Shown: piece by piece, positions 21,388-32,680 of the stretch | Layout: each line of letters opens with the position of its first letter | Position numbering within the stretch: position 1 is the stretch's first letter | NCBI GenBank assembly: GCA_963555825.3 | Contig: CAUVXB020000001.1 | Location: 800,001 to 864,000 of the forward strand | DNA length: 64,000 nucleotides | Source: Alphaproteobacteria bacterium | GTDB lineage: Bacteria; Pseudomonadota; Alphaproteobacteria; JAAXGF01 | Direction of reading: 5' to 3' | Made by a program: the position numbers and the translations under genes | Notes under the pieces: model-generated | What the model saw: only the letters and a program-made list of their open reading frames with translations | Told to the model about the DNA's origin: nothing | Database searches by the model: none

Positions 21388-22788
21388 AAAATGGATAATC
21401 CGGCCGTAGGCGTCAAGCACCGATTCGTGCATCATCTCCGACAGCGTCGGGTGTGGGAAGATGCTGTGCATCAGCTCGGCCTCGGTGGTCTCGAGCGTCT
21501 TGGCGACGCCGTAGCCCTGGATCAGCTCGGTCACCTCGGCGCCGATCATATGGGCGCCGAGAAGCTCTCCGGTCTTGGCGTCGAACACGGTCTTGACCAG
21601 CCCCTCGGTCTCGCCGAGCGCGATCGCCTTGCCGTTGCCGGCGAAGGGGAACTTGCCGACCTTGACCTCGTGGCCGGCCTCTCTGGCGGCCTTCTCGGTC
21701 AGGCCGACGCTCGCCACCTGCGGCATGCAGTAGGTGCAGCCCGGGATGTTCGAGACAATCAGCGGATGGACGCCGTCGAGGCCGGCGATCTTCTCGACGC
21801 AGATGATGCCTTCGTGGCTCGCCTTGTGCGCCAGCCACGGCGGGCCGACCACGTCGCCGATCGCGTAGATGCCGTCTTCGCCGGTGCGCAACCACTCGTC
21901 GACGACGATATGACCGCGGTCGACTTCGACCTTGGTGCCATCGAGCCCGAGGTCCTCGACATTGCCCGTGATACCGACGGCGAGGATGACGCGGTCGACC
22001 GTGATATTGGTCGTCTTGCCATCGCCCATGTCGATGACGGCGAGCACGTTCTTGGCCGCCTTCTGCAACGAGGTGACCGAGGCGCCGGTGTGGATCTTGA
22101 TGCCCTGTGCCTCGAACGACTTGCGCGCCAGCGCAGAGATATCCTCGTCCTCGACGGGCAGCACATTGGGCAGTATCTCGACCACGGTGACGTCGGCGCC
22201 CATGGTCCGGTAAAAGCTGGCAAACTCGATGCCGATGGCGCCCGAGCCGACGACGAGCAGCGAGGCCGGCATGGTGTCGGGCACCATCGCCTCCTTGTAG
22301 GTCCAGACGAGCTCGCCGTCGGCCTCGAGACCCGGCAGCTCGCGCGCGCGGGCACCCGACGCGAGCAAGATGTGCTTGGCGGTGAGTTCGGCGACCTCCT
22401 TGCCGTCGGCCGTGACCGCCAGCTTGCCCTTGCCGGCGAGCCGGCCATGGCCGTCGAACACCGCCACCTTGTTCTTCTTCAACAGGTGCTTGACGCCGGC
22501 CGACAGGCGCTTGGCGACGTCGCGGCTGCGCTTGACGACCTTGTCGAGGTCGAAGGCGATCTCCTTGACCGCTAGGCCGAACTCGTCGGCCCGGTGCATC
22601 AGGTGGTAGAGCTCGGCGGTGCGCAGCAGCGCCTTGGTCGGAATGCAGCCCCAGTTGAGACAGACGCCGCCGAGGTGCTCGCGCTCGACCAGCGCGACCT
22701 TGCCGCCAAGCTGGGCCGCGCGGATCGCCGTGACGTAGCCGCCCGGCCCGCCGCCGACGATGACGATATCGAAGGATGTGTCGGCCAC
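21385..22788 (-). CDS. lpdA: Dihydrolipoamide dehydrogenase E3
   Basis: GGGPGGY, GGVCLNWGCIPTK, HPTLSE. Confidence 0.97.
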   Translation of the reverse strand: MADTSFDIVIVGGGPGGYVTAIRAAQLGGKVALVEREHLGGVCLNWGCIPTKALLRTAELYHLMHRADEFGLAVKEIAFDLDKVVKRSRDVAKRLSAGVKHLLKKNKVAVFDGHGRLAGKGKLAVTADGKEVAELTAKHILLASGARARELPGLEADGELVWTYKEAMVPDTMPASLLVVGSGAIGIEFASFYRTMGADVTVVEILPNVLPVEDEDISALARKSFEAQGIKIHTGASVTSLQKAAKNVLAVIDMGDGKTTNITVDRVILAVGITGNVEDLGLDGTKVEVDRGHIVVDEWLRTGEDGIYAIGDVVGPPWLAHKASHEGIICVEKIAGLDGVHPLIVSNIPGCTYCMPQVASVGLTEKAAREAGHEVKVGKFPFAGNGKAIALGETEGLVKTVFDAKTGELLGAHMIGAEVTELIQGYGVAKTLETTEAELMHSIFPHPTLSEMMHESVLDAYGRIIHF

Positions 22789-22800
22789 CTGAGTTTTCTC

Positions 22801-24045
22801 CTAGAGCAGCATCGAGAGCGGTTCTTCGACGTACTTCTTGAAGACGCCGAGGAACGTGGCGCCGACCGAGCCGTCGACGACGCGGTGGTCGATCGAGAGC
22901 GTGCAGCTCATGACGGTGGCGATCGACAGCGCGTTCTCCTTGACGACCGCGCGCTGCTCTCCCGCGCCGACCGCGAGGATGGCGCCCTGCGGCGGGTTGA
23001 TGACGGCGGCGAACTCCTTGATGCCGAACATGCCGAGGTTCGAGATCGAGAAGGTGCCGCCCTGGAATTCCTCGGGCGAAAGCTTGCCCTCGCGGGCGCG
23101 TTTCGCGAGGTCTTTCATCTCGTTCGAGATGGTGGCGAGCCCCTTCTGGTCGGCGCCGCGCACGATCGGCGTGATCAGCCCGTCTGGGATTGCAACGGCG
23201 ACCGAGACGTCGACGCCCCGATAGACGCGGATCGCCGCGTCGGTCCACGACGCGTTGGCCGCCGGCACGTCGCGCAGCGCCAGCGCCGCGGCGCGGATGA
23301 CGAAGTCGTTGACCGAGATCTTGTAGGCGCCCTCGCCTTCCGGGCTGCGTTCGTTGAGCGCCTTGCGCGCGGTGAGCAGCGCGTCGATCTCGCAGTCGAC
23401 GGTGAGGTAGAAATGCGGTGCGTCGCGCTTCGATTCGGCGAGCCGGCGGGCGATCACCTTGCGCATGTTCGAATTCGGCTGCTCGGTGAAGGGCGGCATG
23501 CCCGGCGCCTCGCCGACCGGCGCCGGGGCGGCGGCTGGCGCCTTCGCCGGCACGTCGCCGGCCAGTGCGCCCTCGACGTCGCGCTTGACGACACGGCCGT
23601 GCGGTCCGCTGCCGGCCAGCGCAGCGATATCGAGCCCGGCCTGCGCCGCCATGCGACGCGCCAGCGGGCTGGCGAACGTCCGCTCGCCGTCGACGCGCGG
23701 CGCGGGCGCCGCGGCAGGCGGTGGCGCCGTCGGCGTCTCGGCCTTGGCCGGCGCGGCCTTGGCCGGCGCGGCGGAGACGTCAACGATCGCAGAGGCGTCC
23801 TCGCCCTCTTCGAGCAGGATGGCGATCGGCGTGTTGACCGCGACGCCCTCGGCGCCCTCGGCGATCAGGATATTGCCCATCGTGCCTTCGTCGACGGCCT
23901 CGACCTCCATGGTCGCCTTGTCGGTCTCGATCTCGACGATGATGTCGCCGGACACGACCGCGTCGCCTTCGCTCTTGTGCCACTTGACGAGGTTCCCTTC
24001 GGTCATGGTCGGCGACAAGGCCGGCATGAGAATTTCGATCGGCAT
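22801..24045 (-). CDS. pdhC: Pyruvate dehydrogenase E2 acetyltransferase
   Basis: Lipoyl domain [22 protein letters not shown]. Confidence 0.96.
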   Translation of the reverse strand: MPIEILMPALSPTMTEGNLVKWHKSEGDAVVSGDIIVEIETDKATMEVEAVDEGTMGNILIAEGAEGVAVNTPIAILLEEGEDASAIVDVSAAPAKAAPAKAETPTAPPPAAAPAPRVDGERTFASPLARRMAAQAGLDIAALAGSGPHGRVVKRDVEGALAGDVPAKAPAAAPAPVGEAPGMPPFTEQPNSNMRKVIARRLAESKRDAPHFYLTVDCEIDALLTARKALNERSPEGEGAYKISVNDFVIRAAALALRDVPAANASWTDAAIRVYRGVDVSVAVAIPDGLITPIVRGADQKGLATISNEMKDLAKRAREGKLSPEEFQGGTFSISNLGMFGIKEFAAVINPPQGAILAVGAGEQRAVVKENALSIATVMSCTLSIDHRVVDGSVGATFLGVFKKYVEEPLSMLL

Positions 24046-24107
24046 CTCAGTCCCTCTCGGCGGCGGCGCGGTGGCCGGCTCCGACGCGTCGCGCGTCGCT
24101 TGCTCGG

Positions 24108-25481
24108 TTACGTCCGATAACAAATCTCCCTGGCCGCGGCCGCGATACCGTCGGGCTGCGGCAGCGCCAGGATCTCGAGGTTAGCGGCATAAGGCATGGG
24201 CACGTCGACACCGGCCACGCGGGCGACCGGGGCATCGAGGTAGTCGAAGGCATGGGTCATCATTTCCGCGGCGAGCTCGGCGCCGATGCCGGCGAACGGC
24301 CAGCCTTCCTCGACCGATACCAGCCGGTTGGTCTTCATGACCGAGGCGGTCAGCGTCTCGACGTCGAGCGGTCGCAGCGTGCGCAGATCGATCACCTCGG
24401 CCTCGATGCCCTCGCCCGCCAGCGTCTCGGCCGCGTGCAACGCGTACTCGACCATGCGCGAGAACCCGGCGATCGTGACGTCGCCGCCGGCGCGCACGAC
24501 CTTGGCGCGGCCGATCGGCACGGTGAAGTCGGGATCTTCGGGCACCTCGAAGCTCTGGCCGTAGAGAATTTCGTTTTCCAGGAAGATCACCGGGTTCGGG
24601 TCGCGGATCGCCGACTTCAAGAGCCCCTTGGCGTCGCCCGCCGAATAGGGCGCGACGACCTTGAGGCCCGGGCAATGCGCGTACCAGCTCGCGTAGCATT
24701 GCGAGTGCTGGGCGGCGACCCTGGCCGCCACGCCGTTCGGCCCGCGGAAGACGATCGGACAGCGCATCTGGCCACCCGACATGTAGAGCGTCTTGGACGC
24801 CGAATTGATGATCTGGTCGATCGCTTGCATGGCGAAATTGAAGGTCATGAACTCGACGATCGGACGCAAGCCACCGAACGCTGCGCCAACGCCGAGGCCG
24901 GTGAACCCCGCCTCGGTGATCGGCGTGTCGACCACGCGCTGGGCGCCGAATTCGTCCAGCAGGCCCTGGCTCACCTTGTAGGCGCCCTGATATTCGGCGA
25001 CCTCTTCGCCGATCAGGAAGACGGCCGGATCGCCACGCATCTCCTCGGCCATGGCGTCGCGCAAGGCCTCGCGCACGGTCTGGGTGGTGGTCTTTTCGTA
25101 GAACCTATCCTCATCGCTCGCCGGTGCCGCGGCGGCCTGGGGCGGCGCCGCCGGCGCCGATGAATCGGCCCGGACGGGCGTCGCGACTGGCGCGGGTGGT
25201 TGCGCGGCGACGGGTGTGTCGAGCACCGCGCTGTCCTCGCCGTCGCCGAGCAGGATGGCGATCGGCGTGTTGACCGCGACGCCCTCGGCGCCCTCGGCGA
25301 TCAGGATCTTGCCCATCGTGCCTTCGTCGACGGCCTCGACCTCCATGGTCGCCTTGTCGGTCTCGATCTCGACGATGATGTCGCCCGCCGTAACGGTGTC
25401 GCCGACGCTCTTGTGCCATTTCGCAACGTTGCCCTCGGTCATCGTCGGCGACAGCGCGGGCATGAGAATTTCTATCGGCAT
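24108..25481 (-). CDS. pdhB: Pyruvate dehydrogenase E1 beta with N-terminal lipoyl domain
   Basis: [32 protein letters not shown]. Confidence 0.96.
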   Translation of the reverse strand: MPIEILMPALSPTMTEGNVAKWHKSVGDTVTAGDIIVEIETDKATMEVEAVDEGTMGKILIAEGAEGVAVNTPIAILLGDGEDSAVLDTPVAAQPPAPVATPVRADSSAPAAPPQAAAAPASDEDRFYEKTTTQTVREALRDAMAEEMRGDPAVFLIGEEVAEYQGAYKVSQGLLDEFGAQRVVDTPITEAGFTGLGVGAAFGGLRPIVEFMTFNFAMQAIDQIINSASKTLYMSGGQMRCPIVFRGPNGVAARVAAQHSQCYASWYAHCPGLKVVAPYSAGDAKGLLKSAIRDPNPVIFLENEILYGQSFEVPEDPDFTVPIGRAKVVRAGGDVTIAGFSRMVEYALHAAETLAGEGIEAEVIDLRTLRPLDVETLTASVMKTNRLVSVEEGWPFAGIGAELAAEMMTHAFDYLDAPVARVAGVDVPMPYAANLEILALPQPDGIAAAAREICYRT

Positions 25482-25514
25482 GACGATACTCCGCGAGCCG
25501 TTTGCCAACGCTGT

Positions 25515-26525
25515 TCAGGCATCGACCAGAACGTCGGTGTAAAGCTCCGACACGTCGGGCTCGGGACTGTTCTGGGCGAACTCGGCCGACTCGGCGACGA
25601 TCGCCTTGATCTCGCGATCGATATCCTTGAAGGCGGCCTCGTCGACGCTTTTGTCGTCGATCAGGCGCTTGCGCAGCTGGTCGATCGGGTCGCGCTGGGC
25701 GCGCACCTTCTGGACCTCCTCGCGCGTCCGGTACTTGCCCGGGTCCGACATCGAGTGGCCGCGGTAACGGTAGGTGCGCAGTTCCATCAGTATCGGTCCG
25801 TTGCCGGCTCGGCAATGGGCGACCGCCGCGTCGCCCGCCTGCTTGACCGCGACGACGTCCATGCCGTCGACCTCGACGCCGGGGATGCCGAACGCGTCGC
25901 CGCGCAGGTAGAGCTCGGTGCCCGCCTTGCTGCGCGTGATCTTGGTGCCCATGGCGTACTGGTTGTTCTCGATCGCGAAGATCACCGGCAGCTTCCAGAG
26001 CGACGCCATGTTGAACGATTCGTAGACCTGACCCTGGTTGGCGGCGCCCTCGCCCAGATAGGTCACGCTGACGTTCTTCTCGCCGCGATATTTCATCGCG
26101 AAGCCGAGCCCGACGCCGAGCGGCACCTGACCACCGACGATGCCGTGCCCGCCGTAGAAATTCTTCTCGGTCGAGAACATATGCATCGAGCCGCCCTTGC
26201 CCTTGGAATAGCCGCCGCGCCGACCGGTGAGTTCGGCCATGACGCCCTTGGCATCCATGCCGCGCGCCAGCATGTGGCCGTGATCGCGATAACTCGTGAT
26301 CACCGCATCGTCGGGTCCGAGCGCGTTCTCCATGCCGACGACGACCGCCTCCTGGCCGATGTAGAGGTGACAGAAGCCGCCGATCAGCCCCATGCCGTAC
26401 ATTTGGCCGGCCTTCTCTTCGAAGCGCCGGATCAACAGCATCAACTTATAGTAGCCGAGCAGTTCGTCGGCCTTGGGTTTGGTGCTTGAACGGGCCGTCT
26501 TGGTCTTACGCTTTGGCTCGGCCAT
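25515..26525 (-). CDS. pdhA: Pyruvate dehydrogenase E1 alpha
   Basis: GFCHLYIGQEA, GKGGSMH, YRGHSMSDP. Confidence 0.97.
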   Translation of the reverse strand: MAEPKRKTKTARSSTKPKADELLGYYKLMLLIRRFEEKAGQMYGMGLIGGFCHLYIGQEAVVVGMENALGPDDAVITSYRDHGHMLARGMDAKGVMAELTGRRGGYSKGKGGSMHMFSTEKNFYGGHGIVGGQVPLGVGLGFAMKYRGEKNVSVTYLGEGAANQGQVYESFNMASLWKLPVIFAIENNQYAMGTKITRSKAGTELYLRGDAFGIPGVEVDGMDVVAVKQAGDAAVAHCRAGNGPILMELRTYRYRGHSMSDPGKYRTREEVQKVRAQRDPIDQLRKRLIDDKSVDEAAFKDIDREIKAIVAESAEFAQNSPEPDVSELYTDVLVDA

Positions 26526-26823
26526 GTCTACTCCCTACTCCGCCGGCGGCGCGTCGCCGGCATGGGCTCTGCGGCCCCCCGGTATTCGATCAAAGGTACG
26601 CGCAATGCGCCGGGCTTTCAAGCTGACGCCCTGAATTTGGGATGAAGTCGGAAGATGTTTCCCAATAGTGGCCGCGATCGAATTCTTTCAGCCCGCGCCA
26701 ATCTAATTGGGACAAGAGGGGGCGGGCCGCCGACCGTTCGGCCAGCTTTGATTCCATAAGATTGGCATGCGTGGCGATTGAGCGCAGGTCATCTTCACGA
26801 AGTGAAGGTGACCGCACAAATTC

Positions 26824-27153
26824 CTAGAACCTCGGCGCGGTGGGTTCGTCGAAGATGACCAGGTCGTCGGGGTGCGCGAGGTTCAAGACGTCGCGCGCGC
26901 GTTCGTCCAGCAGGTCCGGGTCGAGGCCGTCGCCGCGCATCAGCGCGACGCGGTGCGCCAGCTTGCGCTCATCGCCACGGCTCAAGGCCAGGGCGGTCTG
27001 GGTCTGCTCGATCTGCTGGGAAAGCTGAAGCCAGGTGACGAGACCACGCTCGCCCTGGATGGCGTGGAAGCCGATGTACACGACCAGACAGGTCGCGAGA
27101 AGCGGCGCCGCTATGTCCCGCGCACGTTGGGCAATTTCTTCAGAAAACGCCAT
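26824..27153 (-). CDS. ftsB: Septum formation initiator FtsB/DivIC family
   Basis: TM + GERG + coiled coil + LDPDLLDERAR; typical eno-ftsB-pdhA synteny. Confidence 0.85.
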   Translation of the reverse strand: MAFSEEIAQRARDIAAPLLATCLVVYIGFHAIQGERGLVTWLQLSQQIEQTQTALALSRGDERKLAHRVALMRGDGLDPDLLDERARDVLNLAHPDDLVIFDEPTAPRF

Positions 27154-27221
27154 AAGCCCAGTGAATCACGAGAGATTCCTGCCGGTCAATCAAAAAATTT
27201 CAGGCTGACCCGCCGCCGTCG

Positions 27222-28489
<1,268 letters not shown>

Positions 28490-28520
28490 AAACGGCCCCT
28501 CGCTCCTTGGATCAGCGGTT

Positions 28521-29351
28521 TTATCCGCTCTTGGTCAATCGGTCGAGCGCGACGAGGCGCGCCAGCAGTGTCGGCAGCTCGGCGATCGGCACCATGTTGG
28601 GGCCGTCGCTCGGCGCGCTGTCGGGATCCTGGTGCGTCTCCATGAAGACGGCGGCGACGCCCACGGCGACCGCGGCGCGCGCCAAGACCGGCACGAACTT
28701 GCGCTGGCCGCCGCTACGCCCGCCTTGGCCGCCCGGCTGCTGCACCGAGTGGGTCGCGTCGAAGACGACCGGGCAACCGGTCTCGGCGAGCACCGGCAGC
28801 GAGCGCATATCCGAGACCAGCGTGTTGTAGCCGAAGCTCGCGCCGCGCTCGCACACCATGACGTTGCGGTTACCCGCCTGCTCGGCCTTGGCGACGACAT
28901 TGACCATGTCCCAGGGCGCCAGGAACTGGCCTTTCTTGATGTTGAGCGGCCGGCCGGTCTCGGCGGCGGCGACGATCAGGTCGGTCTGGCGGCACAGGTA
29001 GGCGGGAATCTGCAGCACGTCGACGGCCTCGGCAACAGCCGCGCACTGGTCGGGCAAGTGAACGTCGGTGATCACCGGACAGCCGACCGCCTCGCGCACC
29101 TCGGCCAGGATAGCGAGGCCCTTGACCATGCCGATGCCGCGCGGGCTCTCCAGGCTGGTCCGGTTCGCCTTGTCGAAGGAGCTTTTGTAGATCAGGCCAA
29201 TGCCCTGGGCCGCCGCGATCCCGGCCAGCGCCTCGGCCGTCTCGAGCGCATGGGCGCGGCTCTCGATGGCGCAGGGTCCGGCGATCAACGTGAGCGGCCG
29301 GTCGTTGCCGATGCTGAGATCGCCGACGGCGACGTGTCGCGGCTCGGTCAT
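28521..29351 (-). CDS. kdsA: KDO8P synthase
   Basis: [36 protein letters not shown]. Confidence 0.96.
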   Translation of the reverse strand: MTEPRHVAVGDLSIGNDRPLTLIAGPCAIESRAHALETAEALAGIAAAQGIGLIYKSSFDKANRTSLESPRGIGMVKGLAILAEVREAVGCPVITDVHLPDQCAAVAEAVDVLQIPAYLCRQTDLIVAAAETGRPLNIKKGQFLAPWDMVNVVAKAEQAGNRNVMVCERGASFGYNTLVSDMRSLPVLAETGCPVVFDATHSVQQPGGQGGRSGGQRKFVPVLARAAVAVGVAAVFMETHQDPDSAPSDGPNMVPIAELPTLLARLVALDRLTKSG

Positions 29352-29362
29352 CCGAATATCCC

Positions 29363-29632
29363 CTAGTGGATAGAGTCCAACATGTGGCACCCATACGATC
29401 CCATATCCCGGTTTCTCGGCAGGAGAGCGCGCGCCGGCGATGCCGAAGCATCGGCAAGGGTGTTCGACGCCCCGAGAAGCCGGGATATGGGACCCGCAGG
29501 GCGGCGTCCCAAGGCCGCCGGACGCGTTGCCCGATGCTTGTGATGCTCCAGCATCACCGCACATCGGGCGCCTTTCCGGGCGACCTTGGGACGCCGTCGT
29601 ATGGGCACCATATGTTGGATTCTATCCACTAG
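29363..29632 (+). mobile_element. 270-bp structured inverted-repeat element copy C
   Basis: ~36-bp TIR ctagtggatagaRtccaacatRtggYRcccatacga; core gacccgcagggcggc at 29491; right end contains the pyrG TAG stop. Confidence 0.88.
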
Positions 29633-31257
29633 ACCAAGCGCGACTGCTCGACCGCCGCGCCGATGAACGAAGCGAACAGCGGATGCGGCTCGAACGGCCT
29701 CGACTTCAGCTCGGGGTGAAACTGGACGCCAATGAACCACGGGTGATCGGGAATCTCGACGATCTCGGGCAGCACGCCGTCGGGCGACATGCCGGAGAAC
29801 ACCAGACCGACCGCCTCGAGCCGCGGCAGGTAGTTGATGTTCACCTCGTAGCGGTGGCGGTGGCGCTCGCTGATCTCGAGCCCATCGTAGATCTCGGCTA
29901 CCCGGCTGCCGGGCTTCAGGTTGCAATCATAGGCGCCGAGCCGCATGGTGCCGCCCAGGTCGTCGTTGGTCGTACGGGTCTCGCGCACACTGCCGCGCAT
30001 CCATTCGGTAAGCAGGCCGACGACCGCCTCGTCGCTGGGTCCGAATTCGGTCGACCCCGCCTTGGGCATGCCGGCCAAATTGCGCGCCGCCTCGATGACC
30101 GCCATCTGCATGCCGAAACAGATGCCGAAATACGGGATGCGCCGTTCGCGCGCGAAGCTCGCCGCCGCCACCTTGCCCTCGGCGCCGCGCTCGCCGAAGC
30201 CGCCCGGCACGAGGATCGCGTCGACCTCGCGCAGTTCGTGCACGGCGCCGTCCGATTCGAAGATCTCGGCGTCGATCCACTCGGTGCGCACGCGCGTATT
30301 GTTGGCGATGCCGCCGTGGGTGAGCGCCTCGGCAAGCGACTTGTAGGCATCGACCAGGCCGGTGTACTTGCCGACCACGGCGATGTTGACCTCGCCTTCC
30401 GGCTCGCGGATGCGGCGGACGATATCGTGCCAACGCGTCAGTTCGGGTTCCTTGGCGTCGTCGATGCCGAAGCGCGCCAGCACCTGCACGTCGAGGCCCT
30501 CGCCGTGATAGGTCAGCGGCGCCTCGTAGATCGTCGAGACGTCGAGCGCCTGGATCACCGCTTCGGCGCGCACGTTGCAGAACAGCGCGATCTTCTTGCG
30601 TTCGGTCTCGGGGATCTCCATCACCGATCGGCACAGCACGATGTCGGCCTGGATGCCGATGCTGCGCAGCTCCTTGACCGAGTGCTGGGTCGGCTTGGTC
30701 TTCAGCTCGCCGACCGCATCGAGGTACGGCAGCAAGGTGACGTGGATAAAGCAGGAATCGTTCCTCGGCAGCTCATTCGATAGCTGCCGGATCGCCTCGA
30801 GAAATGGCAGGCTTTCGATGTCGCCGACCGTGCCGCCGATCTCGCACAGGATGAAGTCGTCCTCGTCGCTGTCGGCGAGGATGAATTCCTTGATCGCGTC
30901 GGTGACATGCGGGATCACCTGTACCGTGCCGCCCAGATAGGCGCCGCGCCGCTCGCGCGTCAACACCGTCTGATAGATGCGGCCGCTGGTGACGTTGTCG
31001 CTGCGTCGGGCCGAAACACCGGTGAAGCGTTCGTAGTGCCCCAGATCGAGGTCGGTCTCGGCGCCGTCGTCGGTGACGAACACCTCGCCGTGCTGATAGG
31101 GACTCATGGTGCCCGGGTCGACGTTGAGGTAGGGGTCGAGCTTGCGCAGCCGGACGCGATAACCGCGCGCCTGCAGCAGCGCGCCGAGCGCCGCCGAAGC
31201 CAAACCCTTGCCAAGCGAGGAAACCACACCGCCGGTAATGAACACGTACCGCGCCAT
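29629..31257 (-). CDS. pyrG: CTP synthase
   Basis: [37 protein letters not shown]. Confidence 0.98.
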   Translation of the reverse strand: MARYVFITGGVVSSLGKGLASAALGALLQARGYRVRLRKLDPYLNVDPGTMSPYQHGEVFVTDDGAETDLDLGHYERFTGVSARRSDNVTSGRIYQTVLTRERRGAYLGGTVQVIPHVTDAIKEFILADSDEDDFILCEIGGTVGDIESLPFLEAIRQLSNELPRNDSCFIHVTLLPYLDAVGELKTKPTQHSVKELRSIGIQADIVLCRSVMEIPETERKKIALFCNVRAEAVIQALDVSTIYEAPLTYHGEGLDVQVLARFGIDDAKEPELTRWHDIVRRIREPEGEVNIAVVGKYTGLVDAYKSLAEALTHGGIANNTRVRTEWIDAEIFESDGAVHELREVDAILVPGGFGERGAEGKVAAASFARERRIPYFGICFGMQMAVIEAARNLAGMPKAGSTEFGPSDEAVVGLLTEWMRGSVRETRTTNDDLGGTMRLGAYDCNLKPGSRVAEIYDGLEISERHRHRYEVNINYLPRLEAVGLVFSGMSPDGVLPEIVEIPDHPWFIGVQFHPELKSRPFEPHPLFASFIGAAVEQSRLV

Positions 31258-31351
31258 GGGTCTCTAGACTATCACAGTCGGATGAGCTCCGAAAGTGACA
31301 GAGGCGGCGCCGAGGCCACCTCCGACAACTTTCTCGGATATCATCGGGCGA

Positions 31352-31672
31352 TCATTGCGCGATCGGTACGGTCGGGTTCGCCGGTTCGGCCGGCGCCTCG
31401 ATCGGCGCGGGCGGCGTGCCGCCCTGGTCGAGAATCGAGGTCGACCCTGTATCGCGGCCCGCGAGCATCGTCAGCACCAAGCTGGTCACCATGAAGGAGC
31501 CGGCAAGCACCGCCGTTGCGCGGGTCAGCAGGTTGGCCGACGAGCGGCTGCTCATCATGCCGCCACCGCCGCCACCCATGCCCAGCGCGCCGCCTTCGCT
31601 ACGCTGCACAAGTATCAGGCCGACCAGGGCGAGCGCGATGAGAATGTGGACTACGAAAACTATCGTTATCAT
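31352..31672 (-). CDS. secG: Preprotein translocase SecG
   Basis: LVQRSEGGALG, NLLTRAT; tpiA-secG-pyrG synteny. Confidence 0.93.
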   Translation of the reverse strand: MITIVFVVHILIALALVGLILVQRSEGGALGMGGGGGGMMSSRSSANLLTRATAVLAGSFMVTSLVLTMLAGRDTGSTSILDQGGTPPAPIEAPAEPANPTVPIAQ

Positions 31673-31756
31673 TACGGACCACTATATAGGCGCCGCGCGG
31701 ATGCGCTGCAATTGGCACGAGCGTATATCACACAGAATCGCCGGGCGGCTAGGCTT

Positions 31757-32506
31757 CTACGGACACGCCGTGCAAATTCCCCAGAAATCTTGTACGTCGA
31801 GGCTCGCGCCGCCGACCAGCGCGCCGTCGACATCGTCGAGCGCAAGAATGTCTGTGGCGTTGGCCGGCTTGACCGATCCGCCATAGAGCAGGCGAATGCC
31901 GTCCGCTTCGCCGCCGAGACTCGCGCGCAGCCGTTCGCGCAGATGCGTATGCACGGCGGCGATCTCGTCGCCCGTCGGCGTCCGGCCGGTGCCGATCGCC
32001 CAGACAGGTTCGTAGGCGACGACGATGTTGGCCGCGACGGCGCCGTCGGGCAGCGAACCGACAAGCTGGCGTTCGACGACGGCGAGCGCCGCGCCGGCAT
32101 CGCGCTCGGCCTCGCTCTCGCCGAGGCAGACGATCGCGACGAGCCCCGCGCGATGCGCCGCGGCGGCTTTGTCACGCACCCGGGCGTCGGTTTCGCCGTG
32201 GTTGGCGCGCCGTTCTGAATGGCCGACGATGACGTATCGGCAACCGACGTCGGCCAGCATCTCGGCGCTGACGTCGCCGGTGTGCGCGCCCTTCTCGGCA
32301 ATCGCACAATCCTGGCCGCCGAGCGCCACCGGACCGTGGCGGAGGACGTCTGCGATCGGCGCCAGTAACGGCGCCGGCGGGCAAATCGCGATATCACAAC
32401 CGGGCGGTGACGCGGCCGCCTGCGATTGGATCGCCTCGGCGCGCGCGACGCCCTCGGCGCCGAGCCCGTTCATCTTCCAATTGCCGGCGATCAGCGGTCG
32501 TCTCAT
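31757..32506 (-). CDS. tpiA: Triosephosphate isomerase
   Basis: AGNWKMN, GHSERR, AYEPVWAIGTG, YGGSV, LVGGASL. Confidence 0.97.
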   Translation of the reverse strand: MRRPLIAGNWKMNGLGAEGVARAEAIQSQAAASPPGCDIAICPPAPLLAPIADVLRHGPVALGGQDCAIAEKGAHTGDVSAEMLADVGCRYVIVGHSERRANHGETDARVRDKAAAAHRAGLVAIVCLGESEAERDAGAALAVVERQLVGSLPDGAVAANIVVAYEPVWAIGTGRTPTGDEIAAVHTHLRERLRASLGGEADGIRLLYGGSVKPANATDILALDDVDGALVGGASLDVQDFWGICTACP

Positions 32507-32680
32507 GGCGCTCGAGGTGGGATGCTTCGTGATGGCCGCTTGTGTAGCATAGCCGCGACCGGCGGCAAAGATGCGCCGCACGTCGGAATTGCGTGTTGCC
32601 GCCGAAACGCGACACACCTAGTATTCGCGACCGCGCGACCCGCGCACCGAAATTTACGAAACCGAGGAGACGTTTTCGCC

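Noticed and set aside
20832-21388. 173-aa ORFs on both strands, and similar ORFs over 13773-14083, 29363-29632 and 58958-59324
   Set aside because: They are by-products of GC-rich palindromic elements with no recognisable domain. The long N-terminal extension of kdsA in the ORF track has the same cause.
19612-22575. Very long antisense ORFs (e.g. 987 aa here, 725 aa at 17603-19780)
   Set aside because: Shadow frames of high-GC genes; only the final 172 aa of the 17603 ORF is a real GNAT.
23810-25481. Near-identical ~230-bp segments at the starts of pdhB and pdhC
   Set aside because: Shared lipoyl domains are a known feature of alphaproteobacterial PDH.
26526-26823. 75-aa ORF or ncRNA between ftsB and pdhA
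   Set aside because: No motif, RBS or convincing structure; most likely the pdh promoter/leader.
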